32,000 bases of DNA from Pseudidiomarina andamanensis (GTDB lineage: Bacteria; Pseudomonadota; Gammaproteobacteria; Enterobacterales; Alteromonadaceae). Below are positions 29,724 to 32,000 of this stretch, in pieces. The notes under the pieces were generated by a model. That model worked only from the letters and a program-made list of their open reading frames with translations, did no database searches and was not told where the DNA came from. Numbering within the stretch: the first letter of the stretch is position 1; each line of letters begins with the position of its first letter. The translations under genes and the position numbers were made by a program. Where the stretch lies: positions 2,130,001 through 2,162,000 of the forward strand of contig NZ_CP032551.1 of the NCBI RefSeq assembly GCF_009734345.1, written 5' to 3'.

Positions 29724-32000
29724 AGCTACCTTTTTACCGTCGTTTAAGCCTACAAATTACCGGGCCAATTGTTTTAATCGCCTTTGCAATATTAGTCGCG
29801 TTAAGCTTTTACCTTATTCGGGCGCAGCAAGAGGAAGCTTTTGAACGTGCTGAGTTAGAACTTCGTTCGATGGTGGTGGTGGCACAAGGCTCTCTGAATC
29901 GAATGTTCGGTTTAAACCGCACTGATTCCGTTTCGGAATTGTTAAGCGAAGTTCATGTTCACCCGCGCGTTGAGAAGGCTTTCATGCTCGATAGCAACGG
30001 CAATCTCATGCGCTTTTATGCGATGAATCAGATCAGCCCAAAACTCGAACAATTTATTAGTGAGCTTCCTAAGGCTAGTTTACTGGAAGCATCGCGCTCT
30101 GGTGTTACAACCATTGATTATCACTCGAATCACAAACACTTTGTTGCAATAGTACCAGTGGTTCCGCCCGGTCAATTAAGTGCGCAGTTACGGCGCAACT
30201 TATTTGTTGTGGAGTACCGCCACGATGATACATGGTATCAATTGAGTTCGTTGGCGGCTAATGAGCTGGGCGCATTTCTAGTCATTTTGGTGTTATTAGG
30301 GTTATTACTTTGGTTTGGTTTGCAATTTGTCATTGCACGCCCCGTTAAAAGCATCGTAACGGCACTCGATAGATTTTCAAAACGAGAATCGATTGGTGAT
30401 ATTAAGGTGCCTTCGTATAACGAAATTGGTTTACTTTGGGAAACACTAAAAGGTGCAGCCAAATCACGAGAAGACTACGAAATTCAGCTACGTAAATTAT
30501 CTGCCGCAGTTGAACAAAGTAGTGATTGTATTGTGATTACTGATCTTGATGCTCGCATTGAATACGTGAATAAAACATTTACTGATATTACCGGCTATTT
30601 AGCTGATGAAGTCATTGGTTTGAACCCTAAGGTACTTGCTTCAGGTAATACACCTAAAGGCACCTATGAAGCGATGTGGAGTGCATTGACCCAAGGTAAG
30701 GTTTGGGAAGGCGAGTTATTCAATTGTAGAAAAGATGGTACCGAATATCGAGAGTGGGCAATCATTTCGCCGTTAAGAAATGAATATGGCGAAATTACCA
30801 ATTTTCTCGCTAGCAAACAAAACATTACTGAACGCAGAGCTGCCGAGGCCCAGGTCAACTACCTCGCGTACTTTGATGTATTAACTGGCTTACCAAACCG
30901 CACACAGTGCACTGAACTATTAAGTAAAATGCTTCAGTCTCGTGAGCCTCGTAATTACGGTGCCGTGGTGTTGCTCGATGTGGATGGCTTGCAGCGCATT
31001 AATGACGTTCGCGGATTCGAATTTGGCGATCAGGTGTTATTGACTTTGAAAGAACGTTTAAGCCAAGTGGTATTGCATGAAACAGGTGCAAAGCTTGGTA
31101 ATCTCGGTGGTGATTTGTTTGCGTTGCTGCTAAGCGCTACAGGTGAGCGTGAGCATATTCTGGCACATACGCAAGTCTTGGTGAAAGAGGCGCTTGATGA
31201 AGTGAGTAAACCGCTCATGGTTGAAGGCGAGCGCATTATTGTTACCGCAAGCGCCGGCATGGTGATGTACCCTGAATATGGTGATACGCCCGAGTCGATT
31301 ATACGTCACGCTGAAACTGCGGTTCATCACGCGAAAGAAGCCGGTGGGAATCAGTTGATGGTTTATAACCCATCGTATAGCTACGCACTTGAGCAACATT
31401 TTGAGATTGAGCGTGCGCTTCGAGAAGCAGTTGGTAGCGAGCAGCTTCAGCTACATATGCAACCGCAGCAACTTGCCAACGGTTCTATTATAGGTGTTGA
31501 ATTATTGTGTCGCTGGCAGCACCCGGAACTTGGAGCTGTATCGCCTGGAGTCTTTATTCCAATCGCTGAAAAAAGCGACCTCATTGTGCATTTAGGCAAG
31601 TGGATTGTTACACGAGCACTCGAAATTGCTTCTGAATTACCAGAGCATTTGACGATTGCAATCAACATCAGCCCACGACATTTCCGCAAGTATGACTTTG
31701 TTTATTTTATTGAGCGCCAATTAGTTCGCAATGGCATTGCGCCCAACCGATTAATTTTAGAAATCACTGAGAATCTTTTAGTTGATGATATTCAGGATAT
31801 TACATTGAAGATGAAAACGCTGAAGGAAACCGGCGTCCAGTTTTCAATTGATGATTTCGGTACGGGATACTCATCACTGAGTTACCTGACAACATTACCC
31901 ATTGATGAATTAAAAATCGATCAGGGTTTCGTGCAAGGCATTGGTTCTTCAAACCAAGAGAAAATTGTCGAAACGATTATTTCGATGGGGCAGCATTTAG
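29720..32000 (+). CDS. membrane c-di-GMP signalling protein: TM, about 150-aa periplasmic domain, TM, HAMP, PAS, degenerate GGDEF (GGDLF), EAL (ELL variant); 3' end beyond the window
   Basis: Not in the ORF track because it has no stop in the window. I translated it by hand from ATG 29720 and found no stop through 32000. MKLPFYRRLSLQITGPIVLIAFAILVALSFYLI...; second TM LGAFLVILVLLGLLLWFGLQFVIA; PAS (SAAVEQSSDCIVITDLDARIEYVNKTFTDITGY); LGNLGGDLFALL; EAL-domain motifs GVELLCRW, NISP, EITEN, DDFGTGYSS, KIDQ. Confidence 0.85.
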   Translation, partial: MKLPFYRRLSLQITGPIVLIAFAILVALSFYLIRAQQEEAFERAELELRSMVVVAQGSLNRMFGLNRTDSVSELLSEVHVHPRVEKAFMLDSNGNLMRFYAMNQISPKLEQFISELPKASLLEASRSGVTTIDYHSNHKHFVAIVPVVPPGQLSAQLRRNLFVVEYRHDDTWYQLSSLAANELGAFLVILVLLGLLLWFGLQFVIARPVKSIVTALDRFSKRESIGDIKVPSYNEIGLLWETLKGAAKSREDYEIQLRKLSAAVEQSSDCIVITDLDARIEYVNKTFTDITGYLADEVIGLNPKVLASGNTPKGTYEAMWSALTQGKVWEGELFNCRKDGTEYREWAIISPLRNEYGEITNFLASKQNITERRAAEAQVNYLAYFDVLTGLPNRTQCTELLSKMLQSREPRNYGAVVLLDVDGLQRINDVRGFEFGDQVLLTLKERLSQVVLHETGAKLGNLGGDLFALLLSATGEREHILAHTQVLVKEALDEVSKPLMVEGERIIVTASAGMVMYPEYGDTPESIIRHAETAVHHAKEAGGNQLMVYNPSYSYALEQHFEIERALREAVGSEQLQLHMQPQQLANGSIIGVELLCRWQHPELGAVSPGVFIPIAEKSDLIVHLGKWIVTRALEIASELPEHLTIAINISPRHFRKYDFVYFIERQLVRNGIAPNRLILEITENLLVDDIQDITLKMKTLKETGVQFSIDDFGTGYSSLSYLTTLPIDELKIDQGFVQGIGSSNQEKIVETIISMGQHL

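Noticed and set aside
19846-32000. The non-ribosomal 12 kb as a genomic island, mobile element or defence locus
   Set aside because: There is no integrase, transposase, tRNA-attachment duplication, phage gene, toxin-antitoxin pair or nuclease/helicase defence signature. The content (uvrA, ssb, glsA, transporter, c-di-GMP proteins) is ordinary chromosomal backbone.

Overview
Almost all of this window is core gammaproteobacterial housekeeping DNA. I found no CRISPR array, integrase, transposase, phage gene or recognisable defence system. Every call comes from reading the sequence and translations; no searches were run.

Gene content:
- Bases 1-19.7 kb, all on the + strand: the 3' end of purA, then the thrU-tyrU-glyT-thrT-tufB tRNA/EF-Tu operon, tRNA-Trp, secE-nusG, rplKAJL-rpoBC, and directly after that rpsL-rpsG-fusA-tufA.
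- Bases 19.7-32 kb, mixed strands: a family-3 solute-binding protein, glutaminase packed 2 nt downstream of uvrA, an MFS transporter followed by ssb, a 4xPAS-GGDEF diguanylate cyclase, and a lipoprotein solute-binding protein whose stop overlaps (ATGA) the start of a membrane HAMP-PAS-GGDEF(degenerate)-EAL protein that runs off the window.

The organism is probably a marine Alteromonadales-like gammaproteobacterium. That is a low-confidence inference from gene order and protein similarity to E. coli.

Points worth a second look:
1. A family of four 77-98 nt imperfect palindromes built from CGAATAA/TTATTCG heptads. All four lie in intergenic gaps of the translation/transcription operons, and two of them bracket tRNA-Trp.
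2. A 135-nt terminator-plus-repeat module found after both tuf copies. In each case 30-33 nt of unrelated sequence separates it from the nearly identical coding sequence.
3. The break in synteny after tufA, where the S10 operon would be expected.
4. The solute-binding protein coupled to a GGDEF-EAL protein, which may be a periplasmic-ligand to c-di-GMP signalling module.
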